Shown here: piece after piece, positions 26,201 through 42,043 of the stretch
How the letters are laid out: every line of letters begins with the position of its first letter
Numbering within the stretch: position 1 is the first letter of the stretch
From: Bugula neritina
Taxonomy: Eukaryota; Animalia; Bryozoa
Assembly: GCA_964035545.1 (NCBI GenBank)
Contig: OZ037773.1
Span: 8,151,751 to 8,215,750 of the forward strand
Direction of reading: 5' to 3'
Length of the DNA stretch: 64,000 bases
The notes under the pieces: generated by a model
Told to the model about the DNA's origin: nothing
Seen by the model: the letters and a program-made list of their open reading frames with translations, nothing else
The model's database searches: none
Translations under genes and position numbers: made by a program

Positions 26201-29200
26201 CACTTCTGTTTATAGACTTACATGAATGCACTTATATAAATTATATGCACTTACATCTATACACTTACAATAGAACATGTACATATGCACACTCAAACCT
26301 CTATAACATGAGCTATATCTCCTAGCTAATTCCCAGCACTAATTGCACTCTATAAGATATATGATTCATAGGATGGATTCACAGCAGGGGAGATAACTGT
26401 CACATTGTATGTAAATTAATATTTCTGTAAACAATTAGTGTCAACAGCAACTTTCTGCTAAAGTATAAAGTTTAGAATATTTATAGTACATAGTACAAAT
26501 TTTCTAGCATACTTTAGTTTACAATATAAATCATAGCACATCTTTAGTATATAATAAAAAGTAGGTATAGCATATTCATATAGTATGTAATATTAAGCAT
26601 AGCTTATGTTTATACTATATATAATATAAAGCATAGCATATTTTTGTATAACATATTCACAGTATAATATATGTATAATATAAAATATTAAGTATAACAA
26701 TATTATAGTACATTATAGTATGCATCAACTACAACACAGCTGTTTTCAGATAATGAAATCAAAAGTCGTGATTTTTCATATAAATTGGAGTAAAGGGTGT
26801 ATATTCTAGGTAGCAACGTATTGAATGGTAAAGAGCTGACAATATTTGCTTAAAGGCAAGTGTTTGCATTAGTAAAACTAGATTACAATAGCATTTATAG
26901 AACCCAGTACAGGATAATTGATTTAATCAACTGATCTTAGTGGCTGCACATGTCAAATGTGTCTTTTGTTTTGCTTAATTTGCTGTCCCTGAATATGTAC
27001 AAGGTGTCTGCTTTATTGGTCTTCCACTTCTGAAATATTGTCACTTTTTTCATGTGTCACAATCAACTGACATGGAGAAACAGCAAACTGCCCATCTAGT
27101 TGTGTAGGGAGGGGGCCTGGTTAGTCCCCAGTAATTTACACAGTCAGCTAGTATCAGTGGTACCCAGATTACAAAAGCCACATGCAACAGAGTAGTATAG
27201 TCACATGTATCTGATATACTGGTATATGCTACACTGGTATATGCTATACTAGTATATAGCTATATACTGGTATATATATGCTAAACTGATATATGCTACA
27301 CTGGAACATGCTATACTAGTATATAGCTATATACTGATATATGCTATACTGGTATATGCTACACTGGTATATGCTATACTAGTATATAGCTATATACTGG
27401 TATACATATGCTAAACTGATATATGCTACACTGGAACATGCTATACTAGTATATACTATACTGGTATATGATATAATGGTATATGCTATACTGATATATG
27501 CTATACAAATACATACTATAATATAATACTATATATACTATAGAGTATAGAGCATAGGCTACTGGTACATGCTTCACTGATATATACGTTATACATACAG
27601 ATACATGTATATTATACTGTACTGGTATATACGTTATACATACAGATACATGTATAATATTATACTATACTGGTATATAAGTTATACTAGTAATATTTAT
27701 ATGATATACAGGTATATGCTGACACAGGTATAATATGCAAGGGCAGGTAAAACAAATAACGACCTTCACTGTAGCACAAAGTGATGACTCAACAATACTT
27801 GCTTTGTTTGCTGTTTATTGCTCTCAGACACTACAGAGCTGCAAGATAATGCTTTTCATCTGCTTCTAGCAGATGGCTTGTTGCATTACCAGTTGCTGTA
27901 TTAGTTTGTAGTAGAAATCAGACTAGTGCACATGCAGTAGCATCAACCAAGCTGCCCCCCTCCCCCTAATGCTAGTCCTAGGGACTAATCTCAGTGAATA
28001 CAAGTCATATCTACCAGTTCATACACATCCTTATGAGTCCTCGTAAGCATAAGCAACGGCTGGTTCTATTTGACTTAAATTTGAGTGAAGTTAAACTCTT
28101 ACCAGGCACAAGTCCTATAATATAATACTGGTCTTACGGACTTGGTATTTCAACAAATTATATAAGTTCCAGCTGTGACAATTTTTCAAGTTGTCCTTGT
28201 GACCATGGGTGACCTAATCATGGGGTCATGGCAAGCTTGTAGGGGAGTTCTTTGACAGGGTGCCACACACCCTTTCCCAGATAACATGTATGTGCATGTG
28301 CAAGCAAGTGCTATAATGTCCCATATTTATTTAGTGCGTCCTAGTTATTCATAGGGGGCTAGTTGAGTATATACTAGCTACATGTAGGATGCTAGTTTTG
28401 TCATTTTCACTTATAATTACCGTTCGCTCGTTGACATTTGTTAGTTACCATTTTGAAGTTAAAACATTATGTTTCAAACAGTTTTAAAAAAGTTTTTAGT
28501 TGCTACTCTACCTAAACTATGGCAAACTACTGAAAAGTGCTTTTTATTTGAAGCAAAATTGCAGAATTTTTATTACTCTTTAGCAAGGATTATCATGTAT
28601 ATGTTATGATATATTGCTGTCTGCTTTACTATGCTAGATAGCATGAAGATGCTAGGTTATTGATCCCATTGTCAAACTTTGAAAAAGTCAATATAAAAAT
28701 GGCAACTACAGCTACCCATAAATTCATGTATATATTATTATGTAGTTTAACTACTAAGTACTTTGATAAACTTGCAATAATAGGGACTTGCTTCAAGGTG
28801 AATAAATTATAGCCCATACTATTTCTTACCCTTTATATGCTTTAAAACATAAACAATGCAGCCTGCCTAATCCATCATGCTGCACAAGATTATATTACAT
28901 TTACACGGTAACTCCTTCCAAGTTTATACCATGCATTTAATATTACTATTAGTCAGGTCTAACGCTCTCTTATATTAAGATATAACCTATATTATATCAT
29001 ATATGTACCAATATATTATCATACATGATATATTATATAGTATTTTTATAATATATTATTGTTATAGATATAGACAAATGTTATACATAATCTTACGTCT
29101 ATGTCATACAACTTGTTTAGCTCTTCGTCCATCCAAAATTCAACTTTCAAGCGTCTTTGTATCAGTTTGATTTCTTTTTGACCATATTTCATTGTCAAAA

Positions 29201-29309
29201 ACTTTTTCCGATCTTCTTGCTGAACAGATTCATCTGTTAGATCATTTTGCACATTGTTATTTTCTTTACTTACAAATTTCACCTGTGCTGACAGAGAAGA
29301 ATCTGCCAT
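23296..29309 (-). CDS. PPP1R14: Protein phosphatase 1 regulatory inhibitor subunit 14 family (CPI-17/PHI-1-like), ~130 aa; exons 29097-29309, 24689-24778, 23958-23999, 23296-23343
   Basis: LTMKYGQKEIKLIQRRLKVEFWMDEELNKLY, DVDLDEVIDLE, LVDCKKP..EFIDELLTKLKTL match the family signature; all phase-0 GT-AG introns. Confidence 0.92.
27215..27720. repeat. ~15-16-bp minisatellite (TATACTGGTATATGC)
   Basis: Direct inspection; PPP1R14 intron 1. Confidence 0.9.
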
Positions 29310-29895
29310 TATGATGCCTGTCACGTTTCAACTGACTTCATGAACAATGAATCAAAATTAATTTTACTCGATAGTCTTTTTAATTTAGAGTTGTCTTTTT
29401 CTAATAAACAAGTTAATTTTGTATAAAGTTAAAACTTTATATGTTTCAAATTGTTTTTTTAATAAAAATAATATTTTTTTAAATTTTATATAACAATGTG
29501 TTATTTTTATTTTTTGTGTTAATACATTACAACAAATCCTAAAGTTTGCTTTTTTACTAATCAATTGAGAACTAGGACTACTATTATTTTGAAGAGAGGT
29601 TAACTTAGCCTGCCGAACTAAAATTCTACAGTTTACAGTGACAACTCCACAATAGCTAGTTAATTTATGCTTTAGTTATAAAAGATTTTCACCTGGATTA
29701 TCTTGATTTTGATGTGTTTCCAGTTACTTAGAGGCTGGCTAAGACTAACGAATTGTAATACTAATAACACTATTATAATAGTTTATACTGTTGAGTAACA
29801 TTAAAAGTAACATTTCTGACTTCGCCATAGCCAGTTCATTTTGATAACGCTTAAAGTTGAAGTTAAACTAAAACTTAAGTCAGTAAAACTCAAAC

Positions 29896-32800
29896 ATGTT
29901 GACCTTTTGCTTTTGGGCTCGGCTCTACAAAGTGAAAGCTCTGTTACTACTTGTTTGTATTGCTTGTGACTTTGCCTATGGCGCCTTGGATTTAAGCAAA
30001 ATCTTTGGAAACAATGTTAACAATGCTGAGGCGTGGAGTCAGTTAATGAATTTGAAGAACTGTCCCAAACCACAGCCATTGAGCAGCACAATCATTATGA
30101 TAAACGAATCGGTAGCAGCTGGTGCTAAATTTATTGCTCATCCCAATGTCACTAGTCGCTATGAATGCGAGTTTGAATGTTGTTATAAAATAAAAGAGGG
30201 CTGCAACATTGCTGTTTATGCTTCAGAACAGGTGAGAACTTAAATTTCTGTATTATTATTTCAGTGATCAATTTCAATTTGAATTTATTATTTTCCGTGA
30301 TCAAATATAACTATTCCTATTAGTATTAGTATTGCTAACTAAAACTTTGTTGAAAAAGAATATTATTAAAGTGACTATCTTATTTTGGTGTAAACTTACA
30401 TAATTTACAAGCTCGAACTTTAGCCTAGTGGCTGGTGTGAATTAGTCATTATGTTGAACTGATTATAAAATATTTTAATTATGTTTTAGTAGTTACTAGG
30501 TGTTGACTTTGAGGTTGTGCCACAGTGAGGAAGTATTTAATAAAAATAATCATAACATTTAGTCAAATCTCTCTGTGAAGTGGTTGTGTTCAATTAAATT
30601 TGTTGAACAGCAATCACAAATAAAAATTTGATTAATGATCCTTAGTAATAACTTTATTGTGTTGTACCTAGGTGCCTAATCTAAATAATCATAAATTGTA
30701 CTAATTAAATAATCAATTTATTATTAATTAAATAATTTATCATTAGGTAAATAATTAATTTAACTAATACTTAAATAACTAATTTATATTAATTAAATAA
30801 TAAACTTATCAATAATGTAAAAATAGCTAGTCATTATGATAGACAGTATTAGTTAAGTTATGAGTATAGTTTTACTAGAATGTTATTGATATATTATCCA
30901 GCTTTAATATCTACAGATCATACACTTGCCTACTTGCATAAGATGTTTGAGTGTCCATCACTTTGCATGACTAGACTATTTTAGACCGAGCACAGTTTCT
31001 TTTTCTTTAGATTCAAGTAATAGCAATACTTAGACTTGATGTGTGTTTTAGAAGCACTGTTACCTCTTCAACTGCGGGCAACCAAGCAAGTGTCGTTTTG
31101 AACAGCGCAGTGGCTACACTGTGAGTCTCATCTCTGATGTAATTGATGACAAGGAAGAGGTCACTGTTGCTGCTACGAAACCTGCCACGACTCCAGCTTC
31201 GACTACAGCCTCTCCTTCTAAGAAATGTATGCATTCAGTTTGATGTATTATAGGCTACATAATACAATGTGGTATAATATGCTGAGATAATAACATATAA
31301 CGTAGTATAATATACAATATACAGTATACTATAGTAAATACAGTATAATATACAGTTTAATATGATTTATTCAGTACATCTACTCGATGGCTGCCGCCCG
31401 GACGTAGACTCCTGCGTCACACCCAACACTCACTGCTCTAACAAAGGTTTCTGTATGTGTAAAGATGGCTTCCATCCTAAGAATGGCGTCTGTCGTAAGT
31501 TGCTTTCCCGTCAGTAACTGTTATATTATTATTGGTCAGCTAATATTGAAAGAAGTAGGCAGTTTCAGCAGGAATCTAACAGATATGATCTCTTTAGGCA
31601 AAGACTGTCTGGAGAGCCTGCAGTTTGAGTGCACAAACGGAGATGCCAAGTACGGCCAGCCCGACTGCATCGCCGTGTACGACGTGTGTGATGGTATCCC
31701 ACAATGCTCTGATGGTTCTGATGAGAAAAATTGTGAAAAGAAAGGTAAGACTTGTTGAAGTCTCCTCATAGCTGTGTGAGTACCTCGTGACATTCTGGTC
31801 AGAGATATTTTAATGGAGTTTCGTTACAAAATGACCTTGAAGTAGGAGTTTGAGGTCATGTGAAGGTCAGCTGTGTAATGTACGTGTCTGTGTGTTTGTA
31901 GATGCTATTGACTGGGCACACGTGGGTAGCCCCAGCGAACTGAAGGCTAAAATAAAAGGTAAAACTGTCGCAAGTCAAACTAACTTCATTCCTAAAGCTG
32001 ATTCTAACCCACTGTATTACGCTAACCCTGATTCCAACCTGTATGACACGCCCACTCTAACCCCGCCCCTTAACCTCCACCCAGCTAACCGACCATCTGG
32101 TTCACTTAGAGACTCCATAAATCCAGCCAATCACCGCCCTGCTTACAGTGGTCAGCATCCGGGTTCCTCCTTTCATATGCCGGGTTACGCGTACCAGCCC
32201 TTAGCCCAGTACCATGCTGGCAGGTATCGCTCTGGAGGCGGGTGGCGGGACTACGTGAGCTCAGGCTACAAACCGCCCACACAGCCTCCAAGATGGCTGC
32301 CAGATAGACATGAATCCCTGTATCAAAAGTCGTCCGACTACGGGAGCTATGATTACGACTCCCCTCTTTATGGTAAACAGTCTTTAGATAGGCCTCAGTC
32401 TATGCTACGGGACAATCAGGATAAAACGAATCAGAGCAAGTCTTTCTTTGAGTTCAGCTCCGGTAACACTCGTGTTGTGTAGTCAGTGTTGTTAAACTTT
32501 GTAGTCACTAGTGTTACACTCTGTAGTCACTAGTGTTACATTCTGTAGTCACTAGTGTTACACTCTGTAGTCACTAGTGTTCCACTCTGTAGTCACTAGT
32601 GTTACGTTCTGTAGTCACTAGTGTTACACTCTGTAGTCACTAGTGTTACGTTCTGTAGTCATATGCTGCTTATAGTTATGTACAGCTAGTATGATACTAT
32701 TACGAACCTCTTCACTTGGTATATCACACTTACTATGTTATGTTTGGTAGCCAATTTTAACTCTGCTCTCTCTAATCTAGTTGAATTATACTGTACCACA

Positions 32801-34123
32801 TATTATGTGCATGTTGAGTTTAGTTCTAAAGATGTAACAGAGTTATCCACTCTTGGGCCGTGTTTATTAATATGAGTTTCACACTTATGTGGAGAAGTTT
32901 GTGAACTGTTTTACTCTTAGTCACTGCTATATTTACATCTACATAAATATCACATCTTGTGTTGCATATGAAGATGTACCATAAGCTAGTAGAAAGTCTG
33001 CTTTTCATAATTATACTACTATAATGTGCTGGATTATTCAATGTTACCAAGTAACACTTACGCTAGTAAATCATGCTGTGCTGCAAGCTGATAGTCGGTT
33101 AAGTTGTCATTCAACTTTCATTCTGAACCAGTTTGAGTTGTTTATGTCACAGTTTGCATCTAATGATGATTAATGATAACACCTTTCACTGGCTATGACC
33201 TTGTTCTCATTCTCTGATCACCCTTCACTTAGCTCTGGTTCTACATAGAAGTCTCGTAAGTTGCGGGCCGTTGCTGTACAGCCCCTGTTGACTGTTGCAG
33301 AGTACATGAAGAGTCACCCAGACGTGAAAGAAGAAGTTCTGTCGTCTCAGACTACCACCTCCAAGTCTCCTCCATACTTTGACATCAAAGCACTTCTGGG
33401 TCAGTCAAACTCTGATGCCCAAGCTGATCTAGAGCAACTGGCGAAAGTCAGCACTGCGAAGAAGTCAGCGCCCACTCCTGCTGACGTAAAGGCTGTCAGT
33501 CACCATGGCAACCCTAGTGATGCTCAGAGTAAGGATTCTGGTGCAGCATCAGCAGCTATAGAGAAGGTATAGTGTGTACCTCTGTGTGTGTAACTGCATG
33601 TGTGTATCTGTATGTAAGTATTCCTGTATGTAAGTTTACCTGTATGTAAGTATTCCTGTATGTAAGTTTACCTGTATGTAAATATTCCTGTATGTAAATA
33701 TATCTGTACGTGTGTGTAACTTTATGTCTGTAACTGTATATGTTATCGCTTGTAACGTATGTCTCTAAGCGCTGTGTGTGAAGTAAGGTATTCCGACAAT
33801 ATTTTGTCACTCTGAATTTAGTATAACTGAGTTACATCATATCAGCAAATGAATCTATTGTTGGGTAACTAAATCCATCAACTTGTGAAGGTAACATCTT
33901 CTGATACGTTACTCAGGTGGTGGTGAAGGGGAGGAAACGCGATGAACACAGTACGAGGAGTGCTGTCATAGCCTTGTCTCTCAGCCTCACTCTGACTGTG
34001 GTGCTAATAGCCTACTTAGCCTGCAGGTACAAGAGCGTGAGCTCACGAGTCGGCAGAGGCAAGGCTAGGCCGTACCGAGGTGCAGCTGAGATCGATTACC
34101 TCATTGATGGCATGTACCTGTAG
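29896..34123 (+). CDS. LRP11: LRP11-like type I membrane protein (signal peptide, MANSC, EB/EGF-like, LDLa, low-complexity stalk, TM), ~603 aa; exons 29896-30231, 31052-31226, 31375-31494, 31598-31744, 31902-32462, 33301-33566, 33917-34123
   Basis: MANSC ([36 protein letters not shown]), LDLa ([23 protein letters not shown]), [23 protein letters not shown], and the LRP11/MANSC1-type C-terminus DYLIDGMYL. Confidence 0.88.
32500..32660. repeat. 22-bp minisatellite (CTGTAGTCACTAGTGTTACACT)
   Basis: ~7 near-identical units. Confidence 0.95.
33605..33710. repeat. ~15-bp minisatellite (CCTGTATGTAAGTATT)
   Basis: Direct inspection. Confidence 0.85.
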
Positions 34124-35305
34124 AGTCTGTCAGCACCTGGATACCCACCACTAACCTTCACTACATTCACCACAATACAACTCACTACCTGTAACAGTAT
34201 CTACTACAGATAATACTACATCTACTACAGACAGCAAAGTATAGTTATGTATCTATCTTCTTAGCACTGCAGCTCTACAAGATATCGCAAGTGGACTGTC
34301 TGGTGTGTTTTATAGTACCTGGCCACGTATCACCTGGTAGTCATGGTAACACAGGGGTACTGCTGTGTGCAGTGGGAATGGCACTTTATTACTTACTAGT
34401 ATTTCTTGTAAAGCCAGCTTTTACTAATTCTTTTTCTCTGCAATTAAATATTCTAGTCTAGTTTGATATTTCTATAAGAATTCACTTCCATGTACTGACA
34501 GTTATAACTCCATACCTTCCACGTACAAATTCCAGGTTCATTCATTCCATAGGCTAGTTCAGGCTCTTTCATAGTAGCTTTATATCAAAGTCATGCTTTT
34601 TACGTAATACTAAAATCTCTAATGTTTTACATTTGTCGTCATTAATTTGCAGAAGTAATGGCTATTTTTATTAAACTCTTGTATATATTATTTAGAATTA
34701 TATTATGTTATGGTGCCTTTGCATGTGCAGTGTAATCTCATTTTATCACTCTATGTATAACTTTTTTTCTTGTAGTTCTCTTTTTAATATTTGCAACTCT
34801 CCAAAATCATTTATTATACCGAAGTTACTGGATACATAATTTGTATTCAGTGGTTAATTCTATTTAGTATCTATGTAGTATATATGTCTATTTGCACTCG
34901 TCACACTATTGATGTCTATTTCTATATATACTAACCAAGCAATCTCATAATAAAGTTTCTAACATTCTACATCACAAGTCATAGTGTTTCCCATGCAGCC
35001 TTTAGAGTTCACAGTGTACCCACAAGTAGTAATGTTTCATTTTTATTTTAGTAAAACTGTATTTACAAGTGGATAAACTTACAGACAACATCACAGCTTA
35101 TAAAGAAATTGACTATATTGAATTGTTAACTAAATTTAAATCTAGTCAACTTTTTACTTGATTGAATTAATTTATGAAAATACAGCTTTATGATGTATTT
35201 CAAACACAAAGAATCTAAAGAATATCATCTCCAAATGAAATCATTCCTTTAATAAACTTCAGGCTATACACCCAACCCTTATTTTAGTGTAACAATGAAA
35301 TGATG

Positions 35306-37444
35306 TTAGCTAGCTAGGTCTTCTTCAACCGCCATAAGAGGTATAAACTCCTTGAAGACAATGTTCCCTTGATCGTCTAATGCCGCAGACATTATTTCTT
35401 CTATTTCCTCATCATTGAAGGGTTCACCTGTTAATGCAGCAAAATTGACTATAAACTATCTTCTTATTCATCAGGACACAACCTTGTAGGTCAATGTTAC
35501 TATTGCTTCTGCTATTGGAGTCTTCAGAATAATATAAAGTATGTTCTTAAAATAGGATTAACAAGGGTTTAAAGTTTAGTATTTGTTGTATTCAGTATGC
35601 AGCTATAAAAACTCTTTTTGCAGTGGACATTTAAATAATGCTCGTGAGTAAATGTTTCTTGTCCCTTAAAAATAATCATGTTTTTATTGTTAAATTTAAT
35701 GGTTTTACTACAACTGTGTCTGCTCATATATTATTAACTTCCATTCAATTATTTACAATACACATGTGTGAGATTTGCTACCCAAATATTGTGTAACACC
35801 TTACCTTCCTTAGTGAGATACTGTTTGAGATCTTCTTGCGTTAGAAACCCTTTACCTTCCTGGTCAAGAGTTTGAAATGCCCGAAGAAGTTTTTCTTCTG
35901 AGTGTGGCCTGTAGTTCTTACTCATTATAGCTAATGTCATTACGGGGAGAAACCTCTCCAACCGAACATAGCCTGAGGCATCCTCTTCCTCCATCTATGT
36001 TCAAATACAACAAAACACGGTCTAGACTCTAGTCTATAATACCAGCTAGCATGTATCACAAAGTTCCCAGAGTTGAACTCAAGCTGTTGGCTTATGATTT
36101 GCAACTAGCAACAGCTCACGCCAACAACCGTATTTCAAATTGTCAGACTAATAGTGTTGCAACAGCACATCTTCTTTATTTTCTATTTTTTATTCTTGAA
36201 AACTTTACTGAGATATTTAGAGACACAGAACTTGATATTTAAACAGAGCTGTTATTCTTACCTCAGCTAAGACGTCTGTCAACTCATTCTCAGTCGGACA
36301 GAGGTCAAGAGATCTCATAATCGTTCCAATTTCTCTCACGTCTACTGTTTTATTTCCTTCATGGTCAAAAATGTCAAAAGCATCTTCTATTCTTTTTTGG
36401 ACTTTTTGGACAGCTGCTTCTACAGAAAATGAAGAGAGTTGATGCAATCTGCAGTTTCTATGACAAATCTTAAAGATCAAGGGTGTCAATTCAGATAACC
36501 CGGAGAATTTTAGCAATAAAAATTCAAAAAAGTTTTTTATTTTAAATAATACTATGTGCAGCCTCAACAGTAACTCTATCTTCATATCTGGAATGTTGAA
36601 TTGGTGCAGTAATGAACTGTTGAAAGTAGAATTTAGTATTTTACGATGCTTCTCGATAACTCTTTAGCCAGTTTTAGGATGGCCACACCAATGGCATAAA
36701 ATTATGATATACTGTATAGTACACGTACTTATTTGTAAATAAATTTGTCACCATGTTCAGTATTTGTAGTGGAGAAGGTGTCACTAGTTCAACAGGTAAT
36801 GCTATTCTAAAGAAAACCCTTAGTATCTTCACTGATAAAAAAATTTATTTAGTATACATTAGTAGAGCAAAATATATTACTAAATATGTTTTGAATAAGT
36901 TTATTATATTTATAAATTTCAACATGAAATATTTCAATTACAGCTTTTAGTTTATCTCTTATGATCATCAAAATGATGAGCTTCATAATTTAGAGTTACG
37001 AAATTCTGCAATTAATGATTAACAGTCAACACTAAAGCAGAGATTAAAATACAAGTATTTTAAAGCTAATCTATTCAAACAATGATAATGAAATAACAAT
37101 TTTATTCCCTAATGACAATTGAATAACTATACCAAGAGACAAGTATGAATGTGAAAATGAAGGTGATTTAGTTTTACTATAATTTTAATTCACATTTTGA
37201 TTATTGAAATTTTATGATTATCAATATGACTTTGAATTTCATCTTTGCCTTTTGTTTAATTTTTACTTGTTTCTCAAGTAAACTTAAGCTGAAAGTAAAT
37301 TTAAATTAGTAATTTAACTCAAATTAAAATTTACATTAATAAAAAGATAAGTAAAACTTAACTAAAAATAACGATAAGATTTAAATTACCTGTTTCTTGG
37401 TTAGCTCCATCAGCGACGCTCTCAGTGGTTTCGGGCTCAGACAT
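35306..37444 (-). CDS. EFCAB2: EF-hand calcium-binding domain protein 2 / dynein regulatory complex subunit 8, ~174 aa; exons 37390-37444, 36262-36419, 35805-35994, 35306-35427
   Basis: IEDAFDIFDHEGNKTVDVREIGTIMRSLDLCPTE, GYVRLERFLPVM, EEKLLRAFQTLD, YLTKEGEPFNDEEIEEIMSAALD. Confidence 0.93.
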
Positions 37445-37568
37445 AACTATATATGATGCGACTCAAAAACTCAGCAAGTTAGAACATAAGTGACAAACGT
37501 GAGAGCACCTAACAAATGGTTGGGTATTAAAATGAAGTTGTTACCATTATGATTAGAGAAATATTGTT

Positions 37569-37670
37569 GTTGCTGTATGATAACGGCCTTGACCTGCTAG
37601 TACTTCGTTGTCAGGGTACTTCTGTAATTCCGCAGATAGATACTTCAACATGGCAGCGCTACTTAGCAAC
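37569..37670. promoter_or_regulatory. Bidirectional promoter between EFCAB2 and the ankyrin gene, with degenerate RFX X-box-like sites
   Basis: GTTGCTGTATGATAAC (37569-37584), GTTGTCAGGGTACT (37607-37620) and GCTACTTAGCAAC (37658-37670), inside the ~400 bp between divergent ATGs. Confidence 0.5.
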
Positions 37671-37839
37671 TAATCCATAACGTGAACAAGGGATAAGGAA
37701 AACTTTTCGTTTTTTTATGTTACTAACCCACATTTTTACTCCTTTTTCATACCTATAACCTTACATTTTTTAAACCTGTAACATGTTGTAGTTTCTTCTT
37801 GCAGTGTGCGTAGCCAACTGTCTATTAAATCTGTTGCTA

Positions 37840-38367
37840 ATGGCTTTTCAGCCACTGAGTCATAGGCTGCTTGATGCAGCAAAATGTGGCGATGTCAGCT
37901 TGGTGTTGAAACTTTTTAAAAATAAAGTAAGTACTGCTTTGACTGATGAGAATGGAAACTCTCCTTTAGGCATTGCTGTCAAGAACAACCACGCATTTGT
38001 TGCTAAATTACTCATAGAATACGGAGCTGATTTGGAGCACCCAAATAATCAGCTTCATCGCCCTCTCCACTTAGCAACTATGAATGATAACTTGGAGATA
38101 CTAGCTTTACTGCTCAGTCGTGGAGCTCACATAAATGTAAAAAATCATGAAGGGTTTCAACCAATACAGCTTGCTCACCCTGATAGAAAAGGTTATCAAA
38201 TGTTGCTTGATGCCCAGAATGGAATATTGCCAGAGGAATTTGCTGTTATAAATGAAGTACCTGTCATTCCAACACATGCAATTCCTATTCCAAAAGTTAA
38301 AGCAGAGAAAGGAAAAAAAGACAAGAAGAAAGGTAGCAAAAAAGGCAAGAAAAAAAAGAAAAAGTAA
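37840..38367 (+). CDS. Small ankyrin-repeat protein (~175 aa) with Lys-rich C-terminal tail; single coding exon
   Basis: LLDAAKCGD, GNSPLGIAVKNNH..LLIEYGAD, RPLHLATMNDNLEILALLLSRGA..N; tail KGKKDKKKGSKKGKKKKKK; acceptor TTCTTCTTGCAG ending at 37804 suggests a 5'UTR intron. Confidence 0.9.
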   Translation: MAFQPLSHRLLDAAKCGDVSLVLKLFKNKVSTALTDENGNSPLGIAVKNNHAFVAKLLIEYGADLEHPNNQLHRPLHLATMNDNLEILALLLSRGAHINVKNHEGFQPIQLAHPDRKGYQMLLDAQNGILPEEFAVINEVPVIPTHAIPIPKVKAEKGKKDKKKGSKKGKKKKKK

Positions 38368-38809
38368 TGTTTGACTCAACATATTTGATGACCCTTGCTA
38401 GTCGCAGTTAGTATAAAATGATATACTCACATGTAATATATTTTAGGTTTCAAGCAGACATTTATGACATTTTTATTTTATACTTTTATGTATGAAAATT
38501 CAATTTTTTTTTTGCTAATCAAGAAACATATTTGTTATGTTTTTCTCTTTCGACCAAATAACACTAAATCGGATAATTGAAGCTTCGTGGTTAATAACAT
38601 CAACTGACAAAGCTAATTATAGGTTAGTTTATTTATTATAATAGCATAATGTACTGTGAATTGTTGAAACTTTTAACAACAATTTATATAAATCTGAAGA
38701 ATTCTCTGATCTATTAAAATAACAACACATTCATTCCACTCACTGGCCAGTAACTATAAGAAAATCTGCGTCTGTAACGCTTGTCATTCTTATACCATCG
38801 TCTTAGCTC

Positions 38810-42043
<3,234 letters not shown>

